A stretch of 64,000 nucleotides of DNA, from positions 63,530 through 127,529 of the IMG/VR virus record IMGVR_UViG_3300050821_016647; one strand, 5' to 3'. Both the position numbers and the translations under genes were made by a program. Below the pieces are notes generated by a model. It was not told where the DNA came from and did not search any database. It was given only the letters and a program-made list of their open reading frames with translations. This document shows, piece after piece, positions 34,831-43,408 of the stretch; the stretch's first letter is position 1, and each line of letters begins with the position of its first letter. Source of the stretch: a virus.

Positions 34831-35181
34831 TCATCCTACCGCGGAGGGCCCGAGCGGGGTAGTGCTGCCGCCAGAGCCTAGTTCGTAGGACTGATCGTTC
34901 GACGCCGTGGGTCCCGGAGGAAGCCACGGAGCGAGCGGGTTCGCCCCACTGAAAACCGAAGGATTGGGGATGGTCGTCGGCGCGTTCGGCGGAGGGGCGT
35001 AGCCCATGACCTCTTTGGTCGCGGCAGCCTGTGCGGCGGCGCTCGTGGCGGTCTGGTACTGCTGGTAGATGAGGTACGCGACCGTGCCCACCGCGACGAC
35101 GCCCAGCGTGATCAAGACCGCGTCCTCGATGGGGGCGGCCTCGGCCATCTGGAGGGCGCCGGTAGGGTTACGGCGGCGCAT
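34831..35181 (-). CDS. NP-TM family membrane protein
   Basis: MRRRNP; TM ends AYLIYQQ. Confidence 0.75.
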   Translation of the reverse strand: MRRRNPTGALQMAEAAPIEDAVLITLGVVAVGTVAYLIYQQYQTATSAAAQAAATKEVMGYAPPPNAPTTIPNPSVFSGANPLAPWLPPGPTASNDQSYELGSGGSTTPLGPSAVG

Positions 35182-35483
35182 TACGCCCCCGGATTGTAGA
35201 TCGCCGCAGGACCGAGTGCGCCCGGCGTCTGGTTTGAGAACACGCCGATGCCGCTCGGGGCAACGTACGAGTACGTAGCGTTACCGCTCGAGTCGACGCC
35301 TGTCTGGAGCTGAGAAGGCTCGGCGTTCGCTTCGGCAGCAGCGGCCTGAGACTTCGTGTAGAGCCAAATTCCAAGCCCACCTACGACTACGCCGATACCG
35401 ATGAGGATGAGACCATCGGTGTAGGTCGTGACGGGGCCGGCGACGGGATTGCGACGTGAGCGACGACGTCTCGGGTTGATCAT
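35181..35483 (-). CDS. NP-TM family membrane protein
   Basis: TAATG-coupled start MINPRRRRSRRNP; TM ends GIWLYTKSQ. Confidence 0.75.
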   Translation of the reverse strand: MINPRRRRSRRNPVAGPVTTYTDGLILIGIGVVVGGLGIWLYTKSQAAAAEANAEPSQLQTGVDSSGNATYSYVAPSGIGVFSNQTPGALGPAAIYNPGA

Positions 35484-35836
35484 TATAGCTGGTTCCACCA
35501 ATTGGCGGCCGACTGAGCTGCGGTGACCGCAGGAGATTGAGCCTGCGTTTGAACCGTCTGATTTGCGTTGTAGATCTGGTCGCTCACGTTTTGAGCTGCC
35601 TGGGACGCAGCGGCGATTTGATTCGCGACGTCGCCCGCCGAACCTGACGCACCCGAGATGACGTCGTTGGTCTCGGCAAGTGTATTTTGCGCCTGACCGA
35701 GCTGGTAAATCGCATAGACGATGGCGCCGAGCAGCGCGGTCCCCATGCCGAGCATTAGGATCGTGTTCGTATTCAATCCGGTGTCCTGCGGATTTGGACG
35801 TAGGTAGTGACGGCGACGCGAAGGATGGCGCCTCAT
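35483..35836 (-). CDS. NP-TM family membrane protein
   Basis: MRRHPSRRRHYLRPNP; TM ends VYAIYQ; Q/A-rich coiled coil. Confidence 0.75.
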   Translation of the reverse strand: MRRHPSRRRHYLRPNPQDTGLNTNTILMLGMGTALLGAIVYAIYQLGQAQNTLAETNDVISGASGSAGDVANQIAAASQAAQNVSDQIYNANQTVQTQAQSPAVTAAQSAANWWNQL

Positions 35837-36081
35837 GACCCCCACCTGTTTCCAACCCAGATGGCCGCGACGAGACCTCCAACACCAACGAGTCCTCCTG
35901 CGATCATCTCTGCATCCCCCGCGTCCGGATCGAGCGCCATGCCGAGTCCGACACCGGCCGCAGTAAGTCCGCCGATCTGGGCAATCTTGCGCGTGTCGCT
36001 CCCGGCGGAAAGGATCGCTGCCCCGATGCCGAGGACGGCACCGAGAGATCCGAGTTCGAGAGGAAAGCCAAGGTTCGCCAT
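35833..36081 (-). CDS. glycine-zipper 3-TM protein
   Basis: three GxxxG-rich helices, no NP motif. Confidence 0.65.
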   Translation of the reverse strand: MANLGFPLELGSLGAVLGIGAAILSAGSDTRKIAQIGGLTAAGVGLGMALDPDAGDAEMIAGGLVGVGGLVAAIWVGNRWGS

Positions 36082-36318
36082 TTAGGTACCTGTGGTCGCC
36101 TGTCCGAACGTACCGGCTTGGTACGCTTGCAGGTCAGCGACTTGCTGCGCGCTCTTGCCTGCGTTGTAGAGAAGGTAGCCGAAGACGCTCGCGGCGACGA
36201 CCCCTCCGACGCCGAGGTAGATCGCCTGCTCGGTCGTAAAAGTCGTGAGCGGGTTTTCGCTCGAGCAGCTGTCGCAGCAGCGCGCTCCGTTTCGTCTCAT
36301 CAAGGCTCGTCGTCGCAT
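36082..36318 (-). CDS. NP-TM family membrane protein with CCDSC motif
   Basis: MRRRALMRRNGARCCDSCSSENP; TM ends GYLLY. Confidence 0.75.
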   Translation of the reverse strand: MRRRALMRRNGARCCDSCSSENPLTTFTTEQAIYLGVGGVVAASVFGYLLYNAGKSAQQVADLQAYQAGTFGQATTGT

Positions 36319-36320
36319 GG

Positions 36321-36734
36321 TCAGCTCCCTTGGGTCCCGGACGGTTGGTTGGCAGGCAGCGGCACGTTCGAGCCACCCGGTCCGAGCTGCGTGCCTTGGT
36401 AGGTCGAGGTCATGGCTGGCGTCGTCTGCTGCGAGCGCCAGATCAGATACCCGACGAGACCGATGACCGCGGCGCCGCCGACGACGATGCAGGTGTTGCG
36501 GAGGTGCTCTTCGTCGGTGGAGGGGTTGCGTTTTCCTGCATCACCGTCTTCGCCCTCTACGTACGACTTTGCGAGTGCGAGCGTTGAGTGATAGGGCCCG
36601 ATGCGACGAAGGTGTTGACCGGTCCCGTAGAGAACGACGTAGCCTTTTGGCCATTTCAGGATCTCATACTCGCGCGAACCGCTTGTTGCGTGCCACACCG
36701 TCACACCATCTTGCTGACGAGTTGACCAGTTCAT
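36321..36734 (-). CDS. NP-TM family protein with N-terminal soluble domain
   Basis: ~65 aa domain, GKRNP, TM ends GYLIWRSQQ. Confidence 0.75.
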   Translation of the reverse strand: MNWSTRQQDGVTVWHATSGSREYEILKWPKGYVVLYGTGQHLRRIGPYHSTLALAKSYVEGEDGDAGKRNPSTDEEHLRNTCIVVGGAAVIGLVGYLIWRSQQTTPAMTSTYQGTQLGPGGSNVPLPANQPSGTQGS

Positions 36735-37006
36735 GCGACCCGCCCTTCGCTCTCGGCGGTAATTCGAATTCGATCGGAGACGCTCGCCTCTGGGTCTTCG
36801 TCGTACTGCTCGACGGCGTAGTCGCCGCCATAGTGCCGAGCTCCGGCACGGCTGTAGATGAGCACGTCGATGTAGACGGGGCTCTTGCCGGACATGCCCA
36901 TCGAGACCGCGAAGCCGGCCGCTTCGTCAGGCGTCCTAAAGATGCGCTCCTGTCCAGAGCCGTCTTCGACGGCGTACTCGACGTCTTTGTGTGCGTGCTT
37001 TGCCAC
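36731..37006 (-). CDS. soluble hypothetical protein inside the membrane-protein operon
   Basis: GTG start; no TM or NP motif. Confidence 0.65.
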   Translation of the reverse strand: MAKHAHKDVEYAVEDGSGQERIFRTPDEAAGFAVSMGMSGKSPVYIDVLIYSRAGARHYGGDYAVEQYDEDPEASVSDRIRITAESEGRVA

Positions 37007-37009
37007 GAC

Positions 37010-37270
37010 TCAGCCTCCCGCGCTGGCTTGGGCCGGTGTGACGGTGCCCGCCTGGATCTGCTGCATGACCCAGGCGTCGTACGCCTCCTGCGTGGCGTTG
37101 CTCGGCGCGGCGGGGGTGCTCGGGCTTGCTGCGGCGGAGCTCACGCTCATCTTCGAGTAGAGCCCGTAGCCGACCAAGCCGAGGACGGCGAGACCGAGGA
37201 AGGCCAAGCCGAGGTCTTCAGAGCCTGTGAGCGGGTTGGGGCGACGAAAACGCTTCAATGAACGACGCAT
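37010..37270 (-). CDS. NP-TM family membrane protein
   Basis: MRRSLKRFRRPNP; TM ends GYGLY. Confidence 0.75.
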   Translation of the reverse strand: MRRSLKRFRRPNPLTGSEDLGLAFLGLAVLGLVGYGLYSKMSVSSAAASPSTPAAPSNATQEAYDAWVMQQIQAGTVTPAQASAGG

Positions 37271-37281
37271 GAGTGGCTCCT

Positions 37282-37725
37282 CTATGTACCTGAAACAAAT
37301 GGCGGGACGGCGTCCTGCGCATCCGCTTGCTGCTGAGGCGTGAGTGAAGCGGCGTTGCCGGTGTTGGCGACGGGCCCCGAGGGCGCCAGCGGGTTCGAGC
37401 CCGTGACCGCTTTGTAGACGAGGTAGCCGGCGAGTCCGATGAAGCCGACGCCGACTGCGACGAGACCGTAGTCGAGTAAATCGGCTGGATTCTCTTTCGA
37501 GAAGTTCCCATCCGCGTCGAGGAGGTCGACGGTGCCGCGCTCGTTCATGTAGTAGACGTCGGAATAGAATCCCTCTTTCTCCATGCGCCGTCGCGCGGAG
37601 GCGAACGCGGCGTCTCGGGTTCGGTACTTGCCGAGAGACTTGTCCGAGTAGTGCCCGCTGGTGAAGAGCATGTACCCGCCGGACCGCGCGTCCGTGATGA
37701 CGTAGTCGTCTTCTTGAGGTTCCAT
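37282..37725 (-). CDS. NP-TM family protein with N-terminal soluble domain
   Basis: ~75 aa domain, SKENP, TM ends GYLVYK. Confidence 0.75.
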   Translation of the reverse strand: MEPQEDDYVITDARSGGYMLFTSGHYSDKSLGKYRTRDAAFASARRRMEKEGFYSDVYYMNERGTVDLLDADGNFSKENPADLLDYGLVAVGVGFIGLAGYLVYKAVTGSNPLAPSGPVANTGNAASLTPQQQADAQDAVPPFVSGT

Positions 37726-37728
37726 GTG

Positions 37729-38325
37729 TCAGCCGCCTGGGGTAGCGAAGTTTCCGCTCGTGTCGACGACGTATTCGAGAGGAAAGGTGAGAAGCTGAGG
37801 TGTTGGGAAGAGAGGCATGCCTGCGTAAGGGGTCACTCGCATCGTCACCGTACCGATTGCTGTAGTTGGACCAACGGTACCTAGAGATACGACGGTTCCT
37901 GTGACTGCCTGCCCATCGGGCCCAGGCATTCCGGGATGGCTCGCGCTAGTGCCGAAAGACCCGCCCTGAACTACTACGTCTACCGAGTCGCCTACGCTCG
38001 GGACTTTCGTGTTGCCTTGATTCCACCAATTGTAACCGGCTGGTAAAGCAGGAAGTGGTGGCGTTGGCATATAGCCAGCGGGTTCTGTGAGCTCGGATGA
38101 TAGCGAGATTGCGCCAGGCGGTGCTGTTCCGGGCGAATTGAAGGTATTCACAAGAGGCACGGGAGTCGCCGCCGACTGCTGCTGTGACTTCCAAATGAAG
38201 TACCCGACGATGCCGACAGCCGCCGCACCCGCGGCGACAATGCCAACGGTTTGAGCGGTCGAAAGACCGGTTGTCGATACCGCGTCTGGATTACGCGCGT
38301 ATCTGCGTGGGCGTCTCAGTTTCAT
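37729..38325 (-). CDS. NP-TM family protein with C-terminal beta-rich domain
   Basis: MKLRRPRRYARNP; TM ends GYFIWKSQQ. Confidence 0.75.
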   Translation of the reverse strand: MKLRRPRRYARNPDAVSTTGLSTAQTVGIVAAGAAAVGIVGYFIWKSQQQSAATPVPLVNTFNSPGTAPPGAISLSSELTEPAGYMPTPPLPALPAGYNWWNQGNTKVPSVGDSVDVVVQGGSFGTSASHPGMPGPDGQAVTGTVVSLGTVGPTTAIGTVTMRVTPYAGMPLFPTPQLLTFPLEYVVDTSGNFATPGG

Positions 38326-38331
38326 TCTGAC

Positions 38332-39066
38332 CTACGGAGTGGTGCCGCTGATGTTGTCGACGCCTGGTATTCCGGCTTGTGTTTGAGGTGTTGTGACTTC
38401 TCCTTGATACCCGGGTTGGAGGCCGCTACCTCCGCCGAGAGGACCACCGAGATTCGGGTCGTAGACGACTCCACCCGTTTGAACTCCGTATGACTGATCG
38501 ACTGATCCGGTCTGCGTTGTTCCCGGCATCGGCGTCTGGACGACGGGCAAGCTCGCGGCCGTCGACGCGCTCTGCTGCGACTTCCAGATGAGGTAGCCCA
38601 CGAACCCGAGCGCGGCGACGCCGGCCGCAGCGATGCCGACCTTTTCGCCGGTCGACAGGGAAGAGAGAGGATTCGATCGGGACATGTTGGTTTCCTTGGC
38701 GCTCTTGGCGCCCGGTTCGTTGAAGATGCCTGAAGACTTCTCGGGGACGTCGTGGTGGCGCTCGTACTCGAGTTGAAGAAGAGGACGAGCTCCGATTTCA
38801 GGAATTTCGTCTACGTTGAGGATGCCATCATCTTCACCGTCGATGAGAACGTCATTTGAGTGAGCTCGAAGAAAGTGCCCTTCGTTGAGAGCTTTGACCA
38901 ACGCTCTATTCGAGACGTCCCACTGACCCGATTTGTTTTGTCGGTCAGTGCGAACGCTCACGACGCCGACTTCACGTCTGTCGTTGACCGTCCATTCTTC
39001 CTCGCCACTCCAGACGTCGAGGGACCAGACCCTGTAGACGACGGTGCACTTGTTGGCGAAGCTCAC
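38332..39066 (-). CDS. NP-TM family protein with N-terminal domain and probable internal start at 38685
   Basis: YRVWSLDVW domain; internal AAGGA RBS 7 nt before MSRSNP; TM ends GYLIWKSQQ. Confidence 0.75.
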   Translation of the reverse strand: MSFANKCTVVYRVWSLDVWSGEEEWTVNDRREVGVVSVRTDRQNKSGQWDVSNRALVKALNEGHFLRAHSNDVLIDGEDDGILNVDEIPEIGARPLLQLEYERHHDVPEKSSGIFNEPGAKSAKETNMSRSNPLSSLSTGEKVGIAAAGVAALGFVGYLIWKSQQSASTAASLPVVQTPMPGTTQTGSVDQSYGVQTGGVVYDPNLGGPLGGGSGLQPGYQGEVTTPQTQAGIPGVDNISGTTP

Positions 39067-39069
39067 GAC

Positions 39070-39396
39070 TCACGCCCCGGCGGTCGGGACGAGTGGAGCT
39101 GCGGCGCCTGGACCGGCTTCGTAGGAGATGGGGAGCCCGTCTGAGGTCGTGGACGCCGCCGGCAGCGCCACGTTCGACCCGCCTGAGCCGAGGATGGTCG
39201 AGGCGTTCGCATTGCCTCCGACCGTGGACCCTCCTCCCGCGGCGGCCGTCGTCTGGGACTGCTGGTAGAGGTAATACCCGATGCCGCCGACGACGGCGAC
39301 GCCCGCTAGCGCGAGGGCGATCTTGGCGCCGTCGGACATGCTGGCTTTCGGGGAGGGACGCGGGTTGGTGTAGAAGCGGCGAGCTCGTTTGGCCAT
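39070..39396 (-). CDS. NP-TM family membrane protein (first gene of the operon)
   Basis: MAKRARRFYTNP; TM ends GYYLYQQSQ. Confidence 0.75.
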   Translation of the reverse strand: MAKRARRFYTNPRPSPKASMSDGAKIALALAGVAVVGGIGYYLYQQSQTTAAAGGGSTVGGNANASTILGSGGSNVALPAASTTSDGLPISYEAGPGAAAPLVPTAGA

Positions 39397-39397
39397 G

Positions 39398-39417
39398 GTG
39401 GGAACAGCTTATCCCAC
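39398..39417 (-). promoter_or_regulatory. -10 box (TAAGCT) inside a 6-8-6 palindrome
   Basis: GTGGGA-ACAGCTTA-TCCCAC directly upstream of ATG 39396. Confidence 0.5.
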
Positions 39418-39431
39418 ACCCCGAAAACCCG

Positions 39432-39971
39432 CTACCGCGATGCGATAGGTGCCATGTACGGGTGCTTGGACCACCAGGAAAAGGCTCGTTCCATGCGTCG
39501 GCGGGCTTGAGGTTCTCCCGGTTCACAGTGGCCTACCGTGTAGCCGGTGATGCGGTCGGCCGGCGGGCCGTACTGGCACATGCTCCACGAGTCCCGGAGC
39601 GCGCGAAGCATCCCACGGAAGCACGAGACGCGGTCGGTGAGGCCCTTGGCGTAGCTGTCATGCAGCTGTCCAAGGCACCATGCGTGTCCGCCGTCGCCAC
39701 TCGGCTTGATCTGCTGGTCCACGTCGGCGCGAAACTGCCCAGACTCGTAGCTTGCGATGGCCAGCATGACGAGCGCGGTCTGAGCTCGACCCACTTCACC
39801 TGCGAAGAGTGGGACCTCGTCGGGGTCATTCACCACGGCGGTGAGATCTACCGCGATGCTCTCGTAGCGTGCTTCTGTCTCGGCTCGAGGCGTCCGGGTG
39901 TAGTCGTGGACCGAGGGCGGCGCCCAGAACGTCATGGCGGCGAGCAGGTAAGCGGCGAGTCCGTGAAGCAT
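39432..39971 (-). CDS. lysozyme-fold / lytic transglycosylase-like secreted protein
   Basis: N-terminal hydrophobic signal; IASYESG (catalytic E-S), GDGG.AWCLGQL. Confidence 0.55.
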   Translation of the reverse strand: MLHGLAAYLLAAMTFWAPPSVHDYTRTPRAETEARYESIAVDLTAVVNDPDEVPLFAGEVGRAQTALVMLAIASYESGQFRADVDQQIKPSGDGGHAWCLGQLHDSYAKGLTDRVSCFRGMLRALRDSWSMCQYGPPADRITGYTVGHCEPGEPQARRRMERAFSWWSKHPYMAPIASR

Positions 39972-40103
39972 GCGAGACCTCCGTGGTTCTGCGTTCGAAG
40001 GAAGGCGGAGGTTCTACCGCAGACAGAGACTCAAGCGCAAATTCGAATCTAGCTCATGCGATATGCAGGTTGTGCGCCACGTCAACGACGATAAGCTAGA
40101 GGC

Positions 40104-40331
40104 ATGCAGGTGCTCATCTACTTCTTCATCCAGCTCATCGTCATGGTTTGCGTGTTCTCCATCCTGTACTGGATCGTCCAGCTGGTCGTCGGAGAAGTCC
40201 CGGTGCCGATCAAGTCGAAGGTACGAGCTGCATTGCTCATCCTGCTTTGTCTCATGGCGCTTTGCTGCCTACTCGGCAGTATCGGCTTGTGGGATGCGCC
40301 GTGGGCGTTCAGTCACCGCCCCCGTTGGTGA
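40104..40331 (+). CDS. 2-TM membrane protein (holin-like)
   Basis: two long hydrophobic helices; TAAGCT -10 box 6 nt upstream. Confidence 0.6.
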   Translation: MQVLIYFFIQLIVMVCVFSILYWIVQLVVGEVPVPIKSKVRAALLILLCLMALCCLLGSIGLWDAPWAFSHRPRW

Positions 40332-40552
40332 GTTACGCCTGCGCACCGTCTGGGCAATTGGCATGGTGCCCAAACGCTTTTGACGTCGTCTCTCGCCAAG
40401 CCGCATGTTCGGCGCACACGCGCATGCAACCGCGCTTGTCGTGCACCGTCGTCGTGGCGGGAACTTCTTTGCCGTTGCGTTGACGGCAGTAGAAGCAGAC
40501 GTTCGCGGCGTTCGCCTGGTCGATGCTGTCGCCGCCGGTGCGGGAGGCTCCA

Positions 40553-41893
40553 TCACTTAGGCCAGTGGTTCTTGAGCCCGAGTGACGCCCACTCCTGAAC
40601 CTGTTCGAGCGTCACTGGCGGAGACCAGTGATTTCGGATTCCGTCGACGGCCCATAGCTCGGCCTGTCCGAGTGAAACGGCCGGAGGAGGCGCAGGCGGA
40701 GGAGGCGCGGGCGGCGTCGGCAGGGGCGGCGGAGGAATGGGAGGAGTGGGAGCCGGGCCGGTGGTGGGAGGTGCCGGCGGTGCAACGCTGGAGATGGCGC
40801 TGATGAACGCGTCGCCGTTGGGCGAGCCAAGGCCCGTCGCCGGGTCCCATCCTGCCGCTGCGGGGTCGCCGTTCGAACCCTCGGTGATGTCATTGCAGGC
40901 CGTCGCTCGAGCGGTGTAGACGTCCGCTGTGAGGCGTCCGCTGATGGCGCCCTTTGCGACGCCTCGTGCGACCGCAACGAGCGCAGCCGTGAAGGGAGAT
41001 GACGCACTCGTACCGCCGATGACGGTCCACGAGCCGTTGGCGCTCATCTGCCAGCCCGTGTTTGGGTCGGCGTTGGCGGACGTGTCCGGGACGCCGCGGG
41101 CCGAGCCGGGCACGACACCGTTCTGAAACGAGGGCATGGGGACGGTCGGGTCGAATCCGCCGCCTCCGCCTTCGTCGCCCGCGTTTCCGTCGCCCCAGGC
41201 GGCCTCGTCGGAGCGAGCTCCGCTCGAGTCGATGGTCAGATGCGTGCCGCCGACGGCCCAGACGTTTGGATCGGAGCACGGGTAATCCGCCGAGGGAGAC
41301 GAGGTCCCGTCGTCGATGGAGTTGTCGCCCGCCGCCGCGAAGAACGTGACGCCCTTGGCGACTCCGTCGGCGAACGCCTTGGCGAGAGCCGCGCGGTCCG
41401 AAGGGAGCCACTGGTCTGCGGCTGAGCCCCAGGACCAACTGACGACCTGCGCACCGGCTGTGACGAGGTCTTCAGTCACGAGCGCCATGCCGGTGCCGAT
41501 GTTGGGACCGAACGTGATTGTGATGTCGGCTGCCTCGCCCGTAAGGAACCACCACGTGAACGCCATTGTAGGTATGATGTCCAACATGTTTTCCACGTTG
41601 GAATCTTGATCGCTCACCGGGTCGTTGACTGCTCCGTCAACCGTTCGCACTGTCAGCTTTGGCGCGACCATGCCCCACCGAGCGACCGAAGCGTCGATGT
41701 CGGCCTGTACGACGCCACCACCGAGACTGCCGACGCCGAGCTTGACGCTCGGGATGCCGGCAAACTGATTTTGCTTGAATCCATAGGCAGTTAGGATCTG
41801 CGCGGGCGAGAGTGAGCCGGCGGGGAAGCTCGGCGAAGCCGCAGCGAGATGGGTGCCTCGGAGACGGGGGTGCTGTCGGTGGTAGTGATGCAT
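40553..41893 (-). CDS. S53 (sedolisin/kumamolisin) serine peptidase without pro-domain
   Basis: ENMLD (catalytic E, D), AAAGDN, GGTSASSP (catalytic S), Ca site DITEGSNG...GWDPATGLGSP. Confidence 0.9.
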   Translation of the reverse strand: MHHYHRQHPRLRGTHLAAASPSFPAGSLSPAQILTAYGFKQNQFAGIPSVKLGVGSLGGGVVQADIDASVARWGMVAPKLTVRTVDGAVNDPVSDQDSNVENMLDIIPTMAFTWWFLTGEAADITITFGPNIGTGMALVTEDLVTAGAQVVSWSWGSAADQWLPSDRAALAKAFADGVAKGVTFFAAAGDNSIDDGTSSPSADYPCSDPNVWAVGGTHLTIDSSGARSDEAAWGDGNAGDEGGGGGFDPTVPMPSFQNGVVPGSARGVPDTSANADPNTGWQMSANGSWTVIGGTSASSPFTAALVAVARGVAKGAISGRLTADVYTARATACNDITEGSNGDPAAAGWDPATGLGSPNGDAFISAISSVAPPAPPTTGPAPTPPIPPPPLPTPPAPPPPAPPPAVSLGQAELWAVDGIRNHWSPPVTLEQVQEWASLGLKNHWPK

Positions 41894-41903
41894 GGTTCTC
41901 TCC

Positions 41904-42134
41904 TTAGGTCGGTGAAACGACTACGTAGTTGTAGGCGGCGTCTGAAGCACACCGCCACGCTTCTCGGTCATCTTCGTCAAGGTCTTCCCATGCGGAGACT
42001 TCGAGACCTTCTTTGGTTTTGAGCGAGTTCACCCATACGGTGTAGGTTGCCTTCGCACGCTCTTCGCGTGCCTCCACATCCCCGCCCGGTGGAGGGACTG
42101 ATGCCGGGCAGGGGAGTGTGTCGTCCGGGCTCAC
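41904..42134 (-). CDS. hypothetical protein
   Basis: GTGA-coupled; WEDLDEDDREAWR. Confidence 0.6.
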   Translation of the reverse strand: MSPDDTLPCPASVPPPGGDVEAREERAKATYTVWVNSLKTKEGLEVSAWEDLDEDDREAWRCASDAAYNYVVVSPT

Positions 42135-42571
42135 GGATGAGCTGCGGGCGCCGAGACGGAGGCACTCGGCGGGACGACGACGTGCTGCATCGCGAGCGCG
42201 GCAGCGTGAACCTTGTTCAGGCGGGCCTTGTTGAGCGCGACGGAGCCGCCGTCGAGCCCTGGGGCTCCAGCGAGAGCTTGCTCGATCCACGCGATGATTT
42301 GTTCAACCGTCGCTGTACCGAACTGCGAGCATGCCGAAATAATCGCACCAATCAAGCTGGCGGGGTCGGAGATGGCCTCGACGATGTCGCCAATTGCAGC
42401 TTGGACGACGCAAATTCCGAGCGGAGGAAGCGAGCTCGTGATCGGAGTCGTGGGGGGAAGGGTGCTGCACCCCTCCTCGACTGCGGCCGTGACCGCGATG
42501 CCTCCGACGGGCGCCGCAGCGGCGAGGAGGGGGAGGGTGACGGCGAGGAGGGTCTTGCGGGTGCGGGTCAT
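42131..42571 (-). CDS. secreted or membrane protein
   Basis: basic N-terminus plus hydrophobic signal-like segment. Confidence 0.6.
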   Translation of the reverse strand: MTRTRKTLLAVTLPLLAAAAPVGGIAVTAAVEEGCSTLPPTTPITSSLPPLGICVVQAAIGDIVEAISDPASLIGAIISACSQFGTATVEQIIAWIEQALAGAPGLDGGSVALNKARLNKVHAAALAMQHVVVPPSASVSAPAAHP

Positions 42572-42942
42572 GCGGCCTCTTTGGCAGGTGGCGGTGCAGG
42601 CGGCGCCGGAGGAGCCGCGGGAGCTCGCGAAGGTATCAGCTCCTTTCCACCGCGCAAGCCCTCAACCAAGGTCTCGTGCCCGAAGACGGCCAGAATGCCG
42701 GACTGGATACCGTCGATGATGGCCTGTCCAAGGGGCTTTCCTGCGGCGACTTCTGCGGCGCTCATGCCGAGCGCGCCGAGCACGACGGCGAGGTAGGGGA
42801 GCGCGGCCGGCGGGAGCTTCTTGGCAAGCCAGGTCGAAGCCCAGCCTTGTTTGAGAAGCGCGACGACGGCGCCGACGAGAATGGCGGCGACGAGAATCCA
42901 CTTTCGGGCGGCGATGTCGGTGATGAGCTGATTGAGGTTCAT
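42568..42942 (-). CDS. putative holin (3 TM)
   Basis: three hydrophobic segments; TACCCT -10 box 6 nt upstream. Confidence 0.55.
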   Translation of the reverse strand: MNLNQLITDIAARKWILVAAILVGAVVALLKQGWASTWLAKKLPPAALPYLAVVLGALGMSAAEVAAGKPLGQAIIDGIQSGILAVFGHETLVEGLRGGKELIPSRAPAAPPAPPAPPPAKEAA

Positions 42943-42979
42943 GCTGTTAGGGTAGCATTACGTCTCTCCGCATTCCCAT

Positions 42980-43189
42980 TCACTTCGCCTCGTATTTCGA
43001 GCCCGTCCACACAAGCGGGAGAGGCTTGCACGTCCAACGCAAACCGTTCCGGTTGAGTGTGTCTGCAAGCGCACGTGCGCGCTCCTTGGTCATCGGCGCA
43101 GGCCCGCCTCGGTGGTGCTCGAACCAGCGCGACGCATGCTGTTCGGTGATCTTCACGCCCCAAGGTCCCGCTTCGCCGTATGCGTCCAT
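42980..43189 (-). CDS. small hypothetical protein (array cassette)
   Basis: preceded by TGCGCGCGA-AGGAGGGCTAGACG. Confidence 0.6.
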   Translation of the reverse strand: MDAYGEAGPWGVKITEQHASRWFEHHRGGPAPMTKERARALADTLNRNGLRWTCKPLPLVWTGSKYEAK

Positions 43190-43192
43190 CGT

Positions 43193-43408
43193 CTAGCCCT
43201 CCTTCGCGCGCACGTCCGTCACCTTCGCCTTCGCGATGGCCTCAGTGAGGGTGGGCGCGTCGATGAGTCCGTGGCGCAGCGTGCGCAGTCTCCACCCGCC
43301 ACCGATACATGCGTACGCAAACATGACCTGACCTTCTCGGACCCTACCGAGCAGCCAATCTACGTCGCTCTCCCCGCGCGCATCATCTCGCACGGCCTCG
43401 ACGACCAC
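43193..43408 (-). CDS. small hypothetical protein (start uncertain)
   Basis: 3' end runs through the motif (VRAKEG). Confidence 0.45.
   Translation of the reverse strand: MVVEAVRDDARGESDVDWLLGRVREGQVMFAYACIGGGWRLRTLRHGLIDAPTLTEAIAKAKVTDVRAKEG

Noticed and set aside
40313-40611. Minus-strand frame with coding-like codons and CFYC...VCAEH motif after the S53 gene
   Set aside because: No ATG, GTG or TTG start upstream of the motif in that frame and it slightly overlaps the plus-strand gene; possibly a frameshifted remnant, but not supportable.
42941-42958. ATGCT-N8-AGCAT inverted repeat as a lox/dif-like recombinase site
   Set aside because: Arms are only 5 bp; better explained by the leaderless -10 box and chance.
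43374-43382. Additional CCGCGCGCA motif variant
   Set aside because: Lies within coding sequence (DDARG) and is not positioned like the other copies.
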